From assembly GCA_016463775.1 (NCBI GenBank), contig JAEMQQ010000001.1, positions 8,070 to 72,069 on the forward strand: a stretch of DNA of 64,000 nucleotides. Direction: 5' to 3'. Positions within the stretch are counted from its first letter, which is position 1; each line of letters begins with the position of its first letter. Below, piece by piece: positions 22,752 through 31,693 of this stretch. This stretch comes from Ilumatobacteraceae bacterium. Its GTDB lineage: Bacteria; Actinomycetota; Acidimicrobiia; Acidimicrobiales; Ilumatobacteraceae. Made by a program: the position numbers and the translations under genes. The notes beneath the pieces were generated by a model. That model did not search any database. It saw only the letters and a program-made list of their open reading frames with translations, and was not told the origin of the DNA.

Positions 22752-23326
22752 GGAGTTGGTACGGTCTCGCCCTTCAACACCGACTCGGCGACCACGCGCA
22801 TCGTCAGGCGACCGGCCATTGCCGTCTGCTGAATGAACGTGAACGCATCAGCTTCTTTGAGCCCGTAGGTATCGCCGAGCAGACCTTTTGCCCGATCCAA
22901 AATTTTGCGCACCGCGAGGCGCTCGGTGAGTTCGTCAACCTCGGCGACGAGCGCCCTCGTTTCGGCGTAACGGGCCGTTGCCAGTTCGATGGCTGGCACA
23001 AGATCGGATTTTTGGAACGGCTTCACGAGGTAGGCCACTGCCCCGGCGTCGCGGGCCTGCTCGACGATCTCTCGTTGGCTGAACGCGGTCAGCATCAGCA
23101 CCGCACAGATGCCCTCAGCAGTGATTTGTCGCGCCGCTTCGATGCCATCGAGACCGGGCATCTTCACATCAAGAATCACGAGGTCGGGGCGCAGGTTGCG
23201 CACCAGCTCAACGGCCTGGTCACCACGACCCGCCTCACCAATCACGACATAGCCCTCTTCTTCGAGCAATTCGCGCAAGTCCAATCGAATGATTGCCTCG
23301 TCTTCGGCAATCACTATGGAGGTCAC
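22748..23326 (-). CDS. pdtaR: ANTAR-domain response regulator (PdtaR-like)
   Basis: Receiver domain (IVIAEDE..., DVKMPGLDG) followed by an ANTAR region (ERLAVRKILDRAKGLLGDTYGLKEADAFTFIQQTAMAGRLTMRVVAESV). Its position next to polA matches mycobacteria. Confidence 0.85.
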   Translation of the reverse strand: MTSIVIAEDEAIIRLDLRELLEEEGYVVIGEAGRGDQAVELVRNLRPDLVILDVKMPGLDGIEAARQITAEGICAVLMLTAFSQREIVEQARDAGAVAYLVKPFQKSDLVPAIELATARYAETRALVAEVDELTERLAVRKILDRAKGLLGDTYGLKEADAFTFIQQTAMAGRLTMRVVAESVLKGETVPTP

Positions 23327-23335
23327 GGCTTGACT

Positions 23336-23653
23336 CTACGACTCGGGGGTGTGCAGGCGATCAAGCAGGTTGTCTAGTTCACGTTCGCGCAGGGCGATGG
23401 TGGCCTCCAGATGGGCGAGGTGGCGGGCAATGGCTACATAGTGGCGTTGGGAATCCCGGTTTTCTGCCTCGGCGCTCGGGGTTTCAGCAACGATCGCCCG
23501 CAATTCGGCGTCAGCGGCATCGTCTCGCATGATCGCATGTTGCTCGCGGGTCACCAGCAGGTCGCCACGCAGTTCTTGCAACGTTGCGTTGCAACGGGCC
23601 AGGCGATGGCGCACCAACCGCTGTTCAATACCGCTCGGTAACTGCACGCTCAT
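23336..23653 (-). CDS. hypothetical small protein, predicted coiled-coil (105 aa)
   Basis: ORF 9 nt upstream of pdtaR on the same strand. Third codon positions look GC-rich when read by eye, and the composition is Arg/Glu/Leu/Ala-rich. I recognise no motif. Confidence 0.5.
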   Translation of the reverse strand: MSVQLPSGIEQRLVRHRLARCNATLQELRGDLLVTREQHAIMRDDAADAELRAIVAETPSAEAENRDSQRHYVAIARHLAHLEATIALRERELDNLLDRLHTPES

Positions 23654-23683
23654 GCCTGACTGAGGCTATGACCCCCTACCGAG

Positions 23684-23766
23684 TGCCCGAGGTGGGAGTC
23701 GAACCCACACACCCTTTCAGGCAACGGATTTTGAGTCCGTCGCGTCTGCCATTTCGCCACTCGGGC
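23684..23766 (-). tRNA. tRNA-Leu (anticodon CAA), CCA not encoded
   Basis: Reverse complement: GCCCGAG-TG-GCGAAATGGCAGACGC-G-ACGGA-CTCAAAA-TCCGT-(variable arm)-GTGGG-TTCGACT-CCCAC-CTCGGGC-A. The acceptor stem is perfect and the anticodon loop CT-CAA-AA gives CAA. Confidence 0.9.
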
Positions 23767-23867
23767 AACGCCGTCAGGCTAGTGGGGATCGGAATTGACG
23801 TGTCTCGGGCGGTCAATCATCTGCTCCTAGTCTTGCCCTGCAACCTTGAGCCTGACGAGGAGGTCTG

Positions 23868-25043
23868 TTGCTCGCGTTCATATTTCCGGGACAAGGATCA
23901 CAGCGCCCTGGTATGGGTCGCCCGTGGTTGGACCACGAAAGTTGGGAGCTCGTCGACGAAGCGTCGTCCATCTCCGGTCGCGACATCGGTCGCCTGTTGC
24001 TCGATGCTGATGCAGACGAACTAAAAGACACCCGCAACGCCCAACTCACCACCTTCGTAATCAGCCTCATGGTGCTTGATGCCGTCGAACGACTCGGTGT
24101 CGAGCCGAGTATCTGCGCCGGGCACAGTCTCGGTGAATACACCGCACTGACTGCCAACGGTGCGCTGGGTTTTGACGACGGGGTGCGACTCGTGCTCGAG
24201 CGTGGCGAGGCCATGCACGTGGCGGGTCAGGCTGCACCAGGGGTGATGTCGGCGGTGCTCGGGCTGGACGACGACCTGGTCGAGGTGGCGTGTCGGCGGG
24301 CCGACGACAGCGTCTGGGTCGCCAATTTCAACGCCCCCGGGCAGGTCGTGATCGCCGGCTCGCCGAGTGGTGTGGAAAAAGCGACGGCCCACGCCAAAGA
24401 ACTTGGTGCGAAAAAAGTGATGAGCCTGCCGGTGTCAGGGGCATTCCATACGCCGATGATGAATGCTGCACGCGATCGTCTGCGGGTCGCCCTCGCCGAA
24501 GCGAACCCGCGCGATTCCGACGTGCCGATCGTGTCCAACGTCGACGCGCTCGTTCATCAACGCGGGGATGAGTGGGCGTCGTTGCTCTCGGCACAATTGT
24601 GTTCGCCCGTTCGCTGGCGCCAAGTTCTGCTGGAATTGCAGCGACAGTCGATCGCCGGCTACGTCGAGTTGGGCCCAGGTGGTGTGCTCAGTGGCATGGT
24701 GAAACGCACGATTCCGGGTGCCCGGGTGCTCAGCGTTTCAACACCCGACGAATTGGACACACTGCTCGAATGGGTCAGTCAGGTCAGCCCGCCGAAGGTC
24801 AGTCAGCATGATGGCGAGCATCTTTTCGTCGTTGAGCGTCTCGTCGTGAGCCCCGCTGCCGGGATTTTTTCTCAACGCACCGATGTTGCGGATGGATCCT
24901 TGATCGAGGTCGGCACCGTGCTCGGCCACATTGGGGACGTGGAAGTTCGTTCACCGTTCGCCGGCATCCTGCAGAACTTCATCGCGCACGAAGGCGAGCG
25001 GCTCACGATGCGCGAACCAGTCGCTTGGCTGCGGACCCACTGA
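23868..25043 (+). CDS. fabD: malonyl-CoA:ACP transacylase fused to a C-terminal lysine-less biotinyl/lipoyl-type domain
   Basis: FabD motifs FIFPGQGSQ, GHSLGEY (active Ser), SGAFHTP. TTG start preceded by GAGGAGG at 5-nt spacing. An extra ~80 aa at the C-terminus (about 24816..25040) resembles BCCP: VVSPAAGIF...VGTVLGHIGDVEVRSPFAGIL...GERLTMREPVAWL. Confidence 0.85.
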   Translation: MLAFIFPGQGSQRPGMGRPWLDHESWELVDEASSISGRDIGRLLLDADADELKDTRNAQLTTFVISLMVLDAVERLGVEPSICAGHSLGEYTALTANGALGFDDGVRLVLERGEAMHVAGQAAPGVMSAVLGLDDDLVEVACRRADDSVWVANFNAPGQVVIAGSPSGVEKATAHAKELGAKKVMSLPVSGAFHTPMMNAARDRLRVALAEANPRDSDVPIVSNVDALVHQRGDEWASLLSAQLCSPVRWRQVLLELQRQSIAGYVELGPGGVLSGMVKRTIPGARVLSVSTPDELDTLLEWVSQVSPPKVSQHDGEHLFVVERLVVSPAAGIFSQRTDVADGSLIEVGTVLGHIGDVEVRSPFAGILQNFIAHEGERLTMREPVAWLRTH

Positions 25044-25972
25044 TGGCCGGTGGACGCATCATCGGTTGGGGTACTGCCCTGCCCGACAAAGTCGTCACGA
25101 ACGACGACCTTGCGGCGATGGTGGACACCAGCGACGAGTGGATCACCGAACGAACGGGGATCAAGCGTCGGCACATCGGTGGCTCCACCGCGTCGCTCTC
25201 GATTGCCTCGGGGCACAAAGCGCTATCGATGGCCAAGGTCGACCCAGCCTCGATCGATTGTTTGGTGCTGTCCACGACCACGCCCGATCGCACCGTGCCG
25301 GCCACCTCGGCAACGGTGCAGAACGCGTTGGGTCTGCGCTGCGGTGCCTTCGATGTGAACGCCGCCTGCTCAGGCTTCGTATATGCCTACGTCGTTGCCC
25401 ATGGTCTGCTCGCGATCGGGGCCAAACGCGTGCTCGTCATCGGAACCGACACGCTGTCGCGCATCACCGACTGGAACGATCGTGGCACGGCAATCCTGTT
25501 TGCCGACGGCTCTGGTGCCTGCATCGTCGACGCCACACCCGATGCTGGACAACTACTCGGCTGGGACCTCGACGCTGACGGCTCACTGGAACATTTGCTG
25601 TACGCCGAGGTTGGCGGCTTCCTACACATGGATGGCAAGGAAGTATTCCGACGCGCTGTGCGCATCATGGTGGACTCGGCTAAGAAGTCCCTGCACAAAG
25701 CGGGTCTTACCATCGATGATGTGAAACTGTGTGTTCCCCACCAGGCGAACCTGCGCATCATCGAAGCGGCGTGTCGTCAACTCGGCATTCCGATGGAACG
25801 CACGGCAGTGACTTTGCACGAGACAGGCAACACGTCTTCGGCGTCGATACCACTCGCCCTCTTCGACGCCGCCGATCGCAGTCGTTTGAGCAATGGTGAC
25901 GTGGTATTGCTCGTCGGGTTCGGGGCGGGGATGACCGCGGCAAGTGCCCTCATCGAATGGCGACAGCCGTGA
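25043..25972 (+). CDS. fabH: 3-oxoacyl-ACP synthase III
   Basis: Motifs NAACSGF (active Cys), VPHQANLRI, GNTSSASIP. I prefer the ATG at 25043, which overlaps the fabD stop (TGATG); the track start at 25025 is a TTG. Confidence 0.9.
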   Translation: MAGGRIIGWGTALPDKVVTNDDLAAMVDTSDEWITERTGIKRRHIGGSTASLSIASGHKALSMAKVDPASIDCLVLSTTTPDRTVPATSATVQNALGLRCGAFDVNAACSGFVYAYVVAHGLLAIGAKRVLVIGTDTLSRITDWNDRGTAILFADGSGACIVDATPDAGQLLGWDLDADGSLEHLLYAEVGGFLHMDGKEVFRRAVRIMVDSAKKSLHKAGLTIDDVKLCVPHQANLRIIEAACRQLGIPMERTAVTLHETGNTSSASIPLALFDAADRSRLSNGDVVLLVGFGAGMTAASALIEWRQP

Positions 25973-26673
25973 GTCGTGTCGTGCTCGTCACCGGTGGCAG
26001 TCGTGGCATTGGCTTGGCCACCGCCCAGCGCTTCGCCGCACTCGGCGACAACGTCGCGATCACCTACAACACGACCCCACCGTCGGGTGATTTTTTTGCC
26101 GTGCAGTGCGATGTCACCAAGCAGGCCGACGTTGAGCGCGCATTCGCCGAGGTGGAAGCCAAGTTCGGCCCGGTGGAGATCCTGATTTCCAACGCTGGCA
26201 TCACCCGTGATGGTTTGTTGCTGCGCATGAAAGAAGCCGACTTCGCCGAGGTGATCGACGCCAATCTCACCGGCGCATTCCGGGTTGCCAAGCGCGCCAC
26301 GCAGACCATGTTGCGGGCCCGCAAGGGTCGGATCATCTTCGTGTCGAGCGTGGTCGGCCTGCTTGGTCAGGCGGGTCAGGCGAATTATGCAGCGTCGAAA
26401 GCCGGTCTCGTGGGCTTTGCTCGATCACTCGCCCGTGAACTGGGCAGTCGCAGTATCACGGTGAATGTCGTGGCGCCGGGGCCCGTCGACACCGACATGA
26501 CGCGCACACTCGGTGCAGAAAAATTGGCGGCGTTCGCCCAGCTCGTGCCCCTCGGTCGTATCGCGACAACCGACGAGATTGCTGGTGTCATTACGTTCCT
26601 TGCGTCGACTGATGCGGCGTACATCACGGGGGCAGTCATTCCGGTTGACGGCGGTCTCGGTATGGGTCATTAG
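25957..26673 (+). CDS. fabG: 3-oxoacyl-ACP reductase
   Basis: SDR motifs VTGGSRGIG, NAG, YAASKAG, and its position between fabH and acpP. The alternative GTG start at 25969 would overlap the fabH stop (GTGA). Confidence 0.88.
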   Translation: MATAVSRVVLVTGGSRGIGLATAQRFAALGDNVAITYNTTPPSGDFFAVQCDVTKQADVERAFAEVEAKFGPVEILISNAGITRDGLLLRMKEADFAEVIDANLTGAFRVAKRATQTMLRARKGRIIFVSSVVGLLGQAGQANYAASKAGLVGFARSLARELGSRSITVNVVAPGPVDTDMTRTLGAEKLAAFAQLVPLGRIATTDEIAGVITFLASTDAAYITGAVIPVDGGLGMGH

Positions 26674-26718
26674 CCGCGGCTCATTCGGTAGGCTGAGGGC
26701 ACCGAAGGAGGTTCCGTC

Positions 26719-26958
26719 GTGAGCCAAGATTTATTTGACCGTTTCACCAAGTGTGCAGTCAGTCTGTTGTCAGTCGATGCCAGCAAGGTCACCCGCGCGG
26801 CGCGCTTCAAGGAAGATCTCGAGGCCGACAGCCTCGACCTCGTTGAATTTGTGATGGCACTCGAAGAAGAGTTCGGTGTCGAAGTGCCCGAAAAAGAATT
26901 GGAGGGCATCACCACCGTGGGTGAAGCCTTCGACATCGTCGCCGCCAAGACGAAGTAG
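26719..26958 (+). CDS. acpP: acyl carrier protein
   Basis: 79 aa with the phosphopantetheine site DLEADSLDLVEFVMALEEEFG. GTG start preceded by GAAGGAGG (26704..26711). Confidence 0.93.
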   Translation: MSQDLFDRFTKCAVSLLSVDASKVTRAARFKEDLEADSLDLVEFVMALEEEFGVEVPEKELEGITTVGEAFDIVAAKTK

Positions 26959-26967
26959 CCCTCCCCA

Positions 26968-28152
26968 ATGCAGGGAGCGGGACACCGTGTAGCGATCACC
27001 GGCTACGGCGTGCTGGCCCCATGCGGCATCGGCAAGACCGCATTCTGGCAAGGTCTGCTCGGCCCCGGAATCACCGACGCCAAAACGGTGCACATCGCCG
27101 ACTGGGACCCATTGCCGTATTTTTCGAATCCGAAGGAAGTTCGTCGCGCTGATCGTGTCGAGCAATTTGCCCTCGCCGCTGCGCACGAGGCGCTGTTGCA
27201 GGCGGGCCCGTTGCCCTACGAGCTCGGTCGCATCGGCACCATCGTCGGCACAGGAATCGGCGGTCTGCGCACGCTCGAAGACCAGGTGGTCACCCGGGTG
27301 GAAAAGGGCGAACGTCGTGTCTCGCCATTCTTGGTGCCAATGATGATGTCGAATGCCTGCAGTGCGGCAATTTCCATGCGCTACAACCTGCAGGGGCCGG
27401 CCGAAACCATCTGCACTGCCTGCGCTGCTGCCACGCACGCCATCGGTTATGCCGCCCGGCTGATCGCCTGGGGTCGGTGTGATGCCGTAGTCACCGGTGG
27501 TGCTGAATCAGCAGCCACCATCACTGCGGTCGCCGGCTTCGTCAATATGACTGCATTGTCGAGCAGTGGATGCAGCAAGCCATTCGATGCGACTCGCGAC
27601 GGTTTCGTGTTCGGCGAAGGTGCGGCAATGTTCGTGATCGAACGTTACGACCTCGCTGTTGCGCGCGGCGCCGTCATCCTTGCCGAGATCCTCGGCGCGG
27701 CGAGCAACGCCGACGCCCATCACGTGACCGCACCCGCACCTGGTGGGGTTGGTGCGATCGCCTGTATGCAACTCGCCCTCGACGATGCCGGGCTGCAGGT
27801 ACACGACATCAAACAAATCAATGCCCACGGCACGTCGACACCGCTGAACGACCGCGCCGAGGCCGAGGCAGTCGCCAAACTGTTCGGTTCACCAACGCCA
27901 CCAGTCACCTCCATCAAGGGTGTGACTGGTCATCCGCTTGGTGCGGCTGGCGCATTGGAGGCAGCCGCGGTGCTGCTGTCGTTCGAACACGAACTCATTC
28001 CACCGACCGCCAATACGACCACCCTTGGTGATGACGTGCAGTGCGACATCGTGATGGGCGCACCGCGCGCCTGGACACCGGGCCCGACCATCTCGAACAA
28101 CTTCGGTTTCGGTGGACACAACGGCTCGGTCATCATCGCGCCAGTGTCGTAA
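26968..28152 (+). CDS. fabF: 3-oxoacyl-ACP synthase II
   Basis: Active-site Cys in ICTACAAATHAIG, HVTAP, NAHGTSTPLND, GHPLGAAG, FGFGGHN. Confidence 0.92.
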   Translation: MQGAGHRVAITGYGVLAPCGIGKTAFWQGLLGPGITDAKTVHIADWDPLPYFSNPKEVRRADRVEQFALAAAHEALLQAGPLPYELGRIGTIVGTGIGGLRTLEDQVVTRVEKGERRVSPFLVPMMMSNACSAAISMRYNLQGPAETICTACAAATHAIGYAARLIAWGRCDAVVTGGAESAATITAVAGFVNMTALSSSGCSKPFDATRDGFVFGEGAAMFVIERYDLAVARGAVILAEILGAASNADAHHVTAPAPGGVGAIACMQLALDDAGLQVHDIKQINAHGTSTPLNDRAEAEAVAKLFGSPTPPVTSIKGVTGHPLGAAGALEAAAVLLSFEHELIPPTANTTTLGDDVQCDIVMGAPRAWTPGPTISNNFGFGGHNGSVIIAPVS

Positions 28153-28179
28153 CCAGACGCAACCCGATCGGCGCGCCGA

Positions 28180-28608
28180 CTAACGGTCGACGAGCACGAA
28201 CATCAACTCGCATTCGCAGGCCACGGCGCCATTGACGCTCGCGACACCCGTTCCTTTGCCGGCGCGGGCGCTCATTCGCCCGAGTTCCACCCGAATGATC
28301 AACTCGTCGCCGGGCACCACCTGGCGGCGAAAACGGGCAGAGTCGAGCCCACCGAAGAGCGGCAACTTGCCTGCCCGGGCAGGGTCGCTCAGTATCGCGT
28401 AGGCACCGACCTGGGCGATTGCCTCACACATCAGCACGCCGGGCAATGTCGGTCGCGACGGAAAGTGCCCGGGGAAAAACCATTCGTCGCCGTGCAACTT
28501 CCAGCGTCCGACGGCACTGGTGCCGACCACCAACTCATCGATGATGTCGACGAACAAAAACGGCGGACGATGCGGCAGCACCGATGCGGGTAGCGCGAAT
28601 TGCGTCAT
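28180..28608 (-). CDS. fabZ: 3-hydroxyacyl-ACP dehydratase
   Basis: Motifs LPHRPPFLFVD and HFPSRPTLPGVLMCEAIAQ. 142 aa hotdog-fold size. Confidence 0.88.
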   Translation of the reverse strand: MTQFALPASVLPHRPPFLFVDIIDELVVGTSAVGRWKLHGDEWFFPGHFPSRPTLPGVLMCEAIAQVGAYAILSDPARAGKLPLFGGLDSARFRRQVVPGDELIIRVELGRMSARAGKGTGVASVNGAVACECELMFVLVDR

Positions 28609-28612
28609 GTCG

Positions 28613-29065
28613 TCATTTGCCCAGTGCGGCGAGGAAGACCTTGGCCGTATCTTTCGGCGAAACCTTGTACCAGGCGTGCACGATGACGCCCTTACCGTCG
28701 ATCAAAAATGCAGATCTTTCGATGCCCATGTATTCGCGACCGTACATCGACTTTTTTTTCCACACCTTGTAGGCCTTGGCAACGACATGCTCCTCATCGG
28801 CAAGCAGTGGAAACCCCAGCGAATATGTGGCGTCGAACTTCAGTTGTTTGGCGGGCGCATCTGGGCTGATGCCGACGATGACCGCGCGACCGACCTGGCC
28901 GCGTATTTCGCTGAGCAGACACGACTGCTGGGTACACCCCGGGGTGTCGGCCTTCGGATAAAAATACAGCAGGACCTTGCGCTTGGCGAATTCCTTCAGC
29001 GACCGCTTGTTGCCGTGTTGGTCGAGGAGGGAAATTGCCGGTGCCTTGTCCCCTGTTTTCAGCAT
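28613..29065 (-). CDS. bcp: thioredoxin-dependent thiol peroxidase (Bcp-type peroxiredoxin)
   Basis: Motif FYPKADTPGCTQQSC. 150 aa. Confidence 0.85.
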   Translation of the reverse strand: MLKTGDKAPAISLLDQHGNKRSLKEFAKRKVLLYFYPKADTPGCTQQSCLLSEIRGQVGRAVIVGISPDAPAKQLKFDATYSLGFPLLADEEHVVAKAYKVWKKKSMYGREYMGIERSAFLIDGKGVIVHAWYKVSPKDTAKVFLAALGK

Positions 29066-29074
29066 GACAAGAAA

Positions 29075-29869
29075 CTACCCCTCGGTCGTCGTTGCGGGTT
29101 GATCGATGGCCGTCCGCACTTCGGCGATGTAACGACCGACGGCATCAACACCCTCATCGAGCAGTCGGCGCATGACCGATGCACCTTGAATCACGCCGTC
29201 AGCAATCGTGCAGGCTTCGTGTGCCTGGCGGGCATCAGAAACACCGACACCGACGAGAACCGGCAGGTCGGTCACCTGCTTGACCCGCCGCGCAATCGTG
29301 GTGGCACTGGCCGACAGCGATTCGCGCTCCCCGGTGACACCAAGCAAACCCACGGCGTACACGAACCCCCGCGATCGATCGGCGATGCGCGCCAGTCGCT
29401 CGTCGGGTGCGGTTGGCGCCGCCAACATCACCGTGGCGACACCCGCAGCATCAGCTGCGGCACACCAATCAACCGACTCTTCCAACGGCAGGTCGGGCAC
29501 GATGGCACCCCGCACCCCGGCAGCGCTGATGGTCTGGGCAAAACGCTCGTGACCTGCCCGAAACACCGTGTTGTAGTAACACATCACCACGATGGGTACC
29601 TCTACGTCGAGCTCGCGGATGCCGTCGAGAATGCCGTTCAGGGTCGCCCCGCGCCGCAGTGCTTCGCTTGATGCACGCTGAATCACGGGGCCGTCCATGA
29701 TCGGATCGGAAAAAGGGATACCCACCTCGATGGCGTCGGCACCGTTGGCCACCGCCACACGTATCGCGTCGATCCAGCCAGCCGAGAAGCCGGTGATGTA
29801 CGGCACCAGAATTTTTCGACCGCGACTGCGCACCTCGTGCAAATGCTTCGCCAGCAAAACTGCTGCCAT
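29075..29869 (-). CDS. trpA: tryptophan synthase alpha chain
   Basis: Motifs ILVPYITG, IEVGIPFSDPIMDGPVIQ, GFVYAVGLLGVTG. Confidence 0.92.
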   Translation of the reverse strand: MAAVLLAKHLHEVRSRGRKILVPYITGFSAGWIDAIRVAVANGADAIEVGIPFSDPIMDGPVIQRASSEALRRGATLNGILDGIRELDVEVPIVVMCYYNTVFRAGHERFAQTISAAGVRGAIVPDLPLEESVDWCAAADAAGVATVMLAAPTAPDERLARIADRSRGFVYAVGLLGVTGERESLSASATTIARRVKQVTDLPVLVGVGVSDARQAHEACTIADGVIQGASVMRRLLDEGVDAVGRYIAEVRTAIDQPATTTEG

Positions 29870-29875
29870 CGGCGA

Positions 29876-31066
29876 CTACCGTGTCGTTTTGAGCGTCGCG
29901 TCGAGTGTCGGCCCAAGAATCTGCATCATCTGTGCGACATCTTTGTCGCCACGACCGGACAAATTCATGAGCACCGTGGCACCCTGCATGTGCGGTGCTT
30001 CCCTGGCAATCCAGGCCACCACGTGCGCACACTCGAGCGCCGGGATGATGCCTTCTGAGCGGGCCAACAACTGGAACCCGGCCACCACTTCGGTATCGGT
30101 GACACTCGGATACTCGGCGCGACCAATCGACGAGAGGTACGAGTGCTCAGGCCCGACACCCGGATAGTCGAGCCCGGCAGAAATCGAGTGGGCCTCTTGC
30201 ACCTGGCCCTCTTCGTCTTGCATGAGATAGCTCTTCATCCCGTGCACGACACCCGGCACTCCGCGACCGACCGCTGCCCCACCCGCCGGCTCGACGCCCA
30301 CGAGGCGTGCTTGCGTATCGACGAAGCCGCTGAACATACCGATGGCATTCGAGCCACCACCGACACAGGCAGTGACGACGTCCGGGTCGCGGCCCGTGAG
30401 TTCGCGCATCTGCACACGCGCTTCGTCACCGATGACGCTTTGAAATTGACGCACCATGAAGGGGTACGGGTGTGGCCCCATCACCGAACCAAGGCAGTAG
30501 TACGAATCTTCGACGCTGGCGACCCAGTCGCGCATCGCCTCGTTGACCGCGTCCTTCAAGGTGCGACTTCCCGATTGTGCCGACTCGACTTCGGCACCAA
30601 GCAACCGCATGCGAAACACGTTCAGCGCCTGGCGCTCGACATCGACTGCACCCATGTACACCTTGCAGGTGAGCCCCAGCAGGGCGGCAGCCGTCGCTGC
30701 TGCAACACCATGTTGGCCGGCACCCGTTTCGGCGATGAACCGTTGCTTGCCCATGCGTTTGGCGAGCAGTGCCTGGCCGAGCACGTTGTTGATCTTGTGC
30801 GAACCGGTGTGGTTGAGGTCTTCGCGCTTCAAGATCAGACGAATGCCGAGTTGGCGTCCGAGATTATGACATTCGGTGAGAATCGACGGACGTCCGGCGT
30901 ACTCACGCAGTAGTCGGTTGAGTTCGGCGCGAAAGGCCTCATCATTCCAGGCCTCGATGAAGGCCCGCTCAAGTTCTTGGCAAGCCGGAACGAGGGTTTC
31001 GGGCACGTACTGTCCGCCGAATTCACCGAAACGTCCTTGTGCGGTGGGCGGTGCGAGTGCAGTCAC
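29876..31066 (-). CDS. trpB: tryptophan synthase beta chain
   Basis: Motifs [24 protein letters not shown] (PLP Lys), GGGSNAIG. I place the start at GTG 31066, 4 nt after the trpF stop. The track ORF extends to 31213 across trpF. Confidence 0.92.
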   Translation of the reverse strand: MTALAPPTAQGRFGEFGGQYVPETLVPACQELERAFIEAWNDEAFRAELNRLLREYAGRPSILTECHNLGRQLGIRLILKREDLNHTGSHKINNVLGQALLAKRMGKQRFIAETGAGQHGVAAATAAALLGLTCKVYMGAVDVERQALNVFRMRLLGAEVESAQSGSRTLKDAVNEAMRDWVASVEDSYYCLGSVMGPHPYPFMVRQFQSVIGDEARVQMRELTGRDPDVVTACVGGGSNAIGMFSGFVDTQARLVGVEPAGGAAVGRGVPGVVHGMKSYLMQDEEGQVQEAHSISAGLDYPGVGPEHSYLSSIGRAEYPSVTDTEVVAGFQLLARSEGIIPALECAHVVAWIAREAPHMQGATVLMNLSGRGDKDVAQMMQILGPTLDATLKTTR

Positions 31067-31070
31067 GCCT

Positions 31071-31688
31071 TTACTGTACAAGTGCGTCGAATGCCGCCAC
31101 CGCACTTTGCACGAAACGACGCACCTTCGTGGCGTCTTTGCGACCAGGTTCACGTTCGACACCGCTACTGACATCGACACCGTACGGTCGCACCCGCGCG
31201 ATGCCAGCCGCAACGTTGTCGGGCGTCAGACCGCCCGAGAGCACGCAGCGAACGGCCGGCGGCACGTTGTCGAGCAGTGACCAGTCGTACGCCGTGCCGG
31301 AACCCGGCTCAGGCGAATCGAATAGCACGAGGTCGGTGCGATACAAATCACACTGGTCGGCCTCGCGAGAACCCGCCACGACGGCCTTCATCACCCACCC
31401 GATTTCTGCCGTGGCTTCATCCACCATCTTCACGGACTCGCGTCCGTGCAACTGCGCGCCGCGCAAACCTGTGTCACGCATGATGCGGGTGATCGTCTTG
31501 AGATCATGATCACGGAACACGCCCACCGTCATGATTCCTGGTGGCAGTCGTTTGACGATGTCAGCAACCTTGCCAACGGCAACCTGGCGCTTCGACGGCG
31601 CGAAGATGAAGCCCAGAGCGGTGGCGCCCATCGCAACACTGAGCAACGCATCTTCTTCGTTCGTGATACCACAGATTTTCACGAACAT
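31071..31688 (-). CDS. trpF: phosphoribosylanthranilate isomerase
   Basis: Begins [14 protein letters not shown] and ends ...GVDVSSGVE. Located between trpC and trpB. Start taken as ATG 31688, 5 nt after the trpC stop. Confidence 0.85.
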   Translation of the reverse strand: MFVKICGITNEEDALLSVAMGATALGFIFAPSKRQVAVGKVADIVKRLPPGIMTVGVFRDHDLKTITRIMRDTGLRGAQLHGRESVKMVDEATAEIGWVMKAVVAGSREADQCDLYRTDLVLFDSPEPGSGTAYDWSLLDNVPPAVRCVLSGGLTPDNVAAGIARVRPYGVDVSSGVEREPGRKDATKVRRFVQSAVAAFDALVQ

Positions 31689-31693
31689 GATGC

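Noticed and set aside
23576-23596. ttgcaacg-ttgcg-ttgcaacg repeat with internal palindromes inside the 105-aa ORF
   Set aside because: It is short, lies within coding sequence (it encodes ...RCNATLQ...), and I saw no second copy in the window. This is insufficient to call a binding site.
28168-28179. 12-nt perfect palindrome tcggcgcgccga between the fabF and fabZ stops, considered as a bidirectional terminator
   Set aside because: It could form only a 5-bp stem with a 2-nt loop and has no flanking T/A tracts. It is more likely a chance GC palindrome.
28520-29671. 383-aa plus-strand ORF
   Set aside because: Antisense to fabZ, bcp and trpA. It crosses three real genes and has no motifs.
31067-31213. 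N-terminal extensions offered by the ORF track for trpB (to 31213), trpF (to 31799), ybeY (to 55779), the MFS gene (from 51631), menH (from 48885), the 255-aa hypothetical (to 61505) and menA (to 50659)
   Set aside because: Each extension overlaps the preceding well-supported gene (for the 255-aa hypothetical, the riboswitch) and adds Arg/Ser/Pro-rich sequence ahead of the conserved family N-terminus. Internal ATG/GTG starts give tidy 4-10 nt junctions or ATGA/TGATG overlaps.
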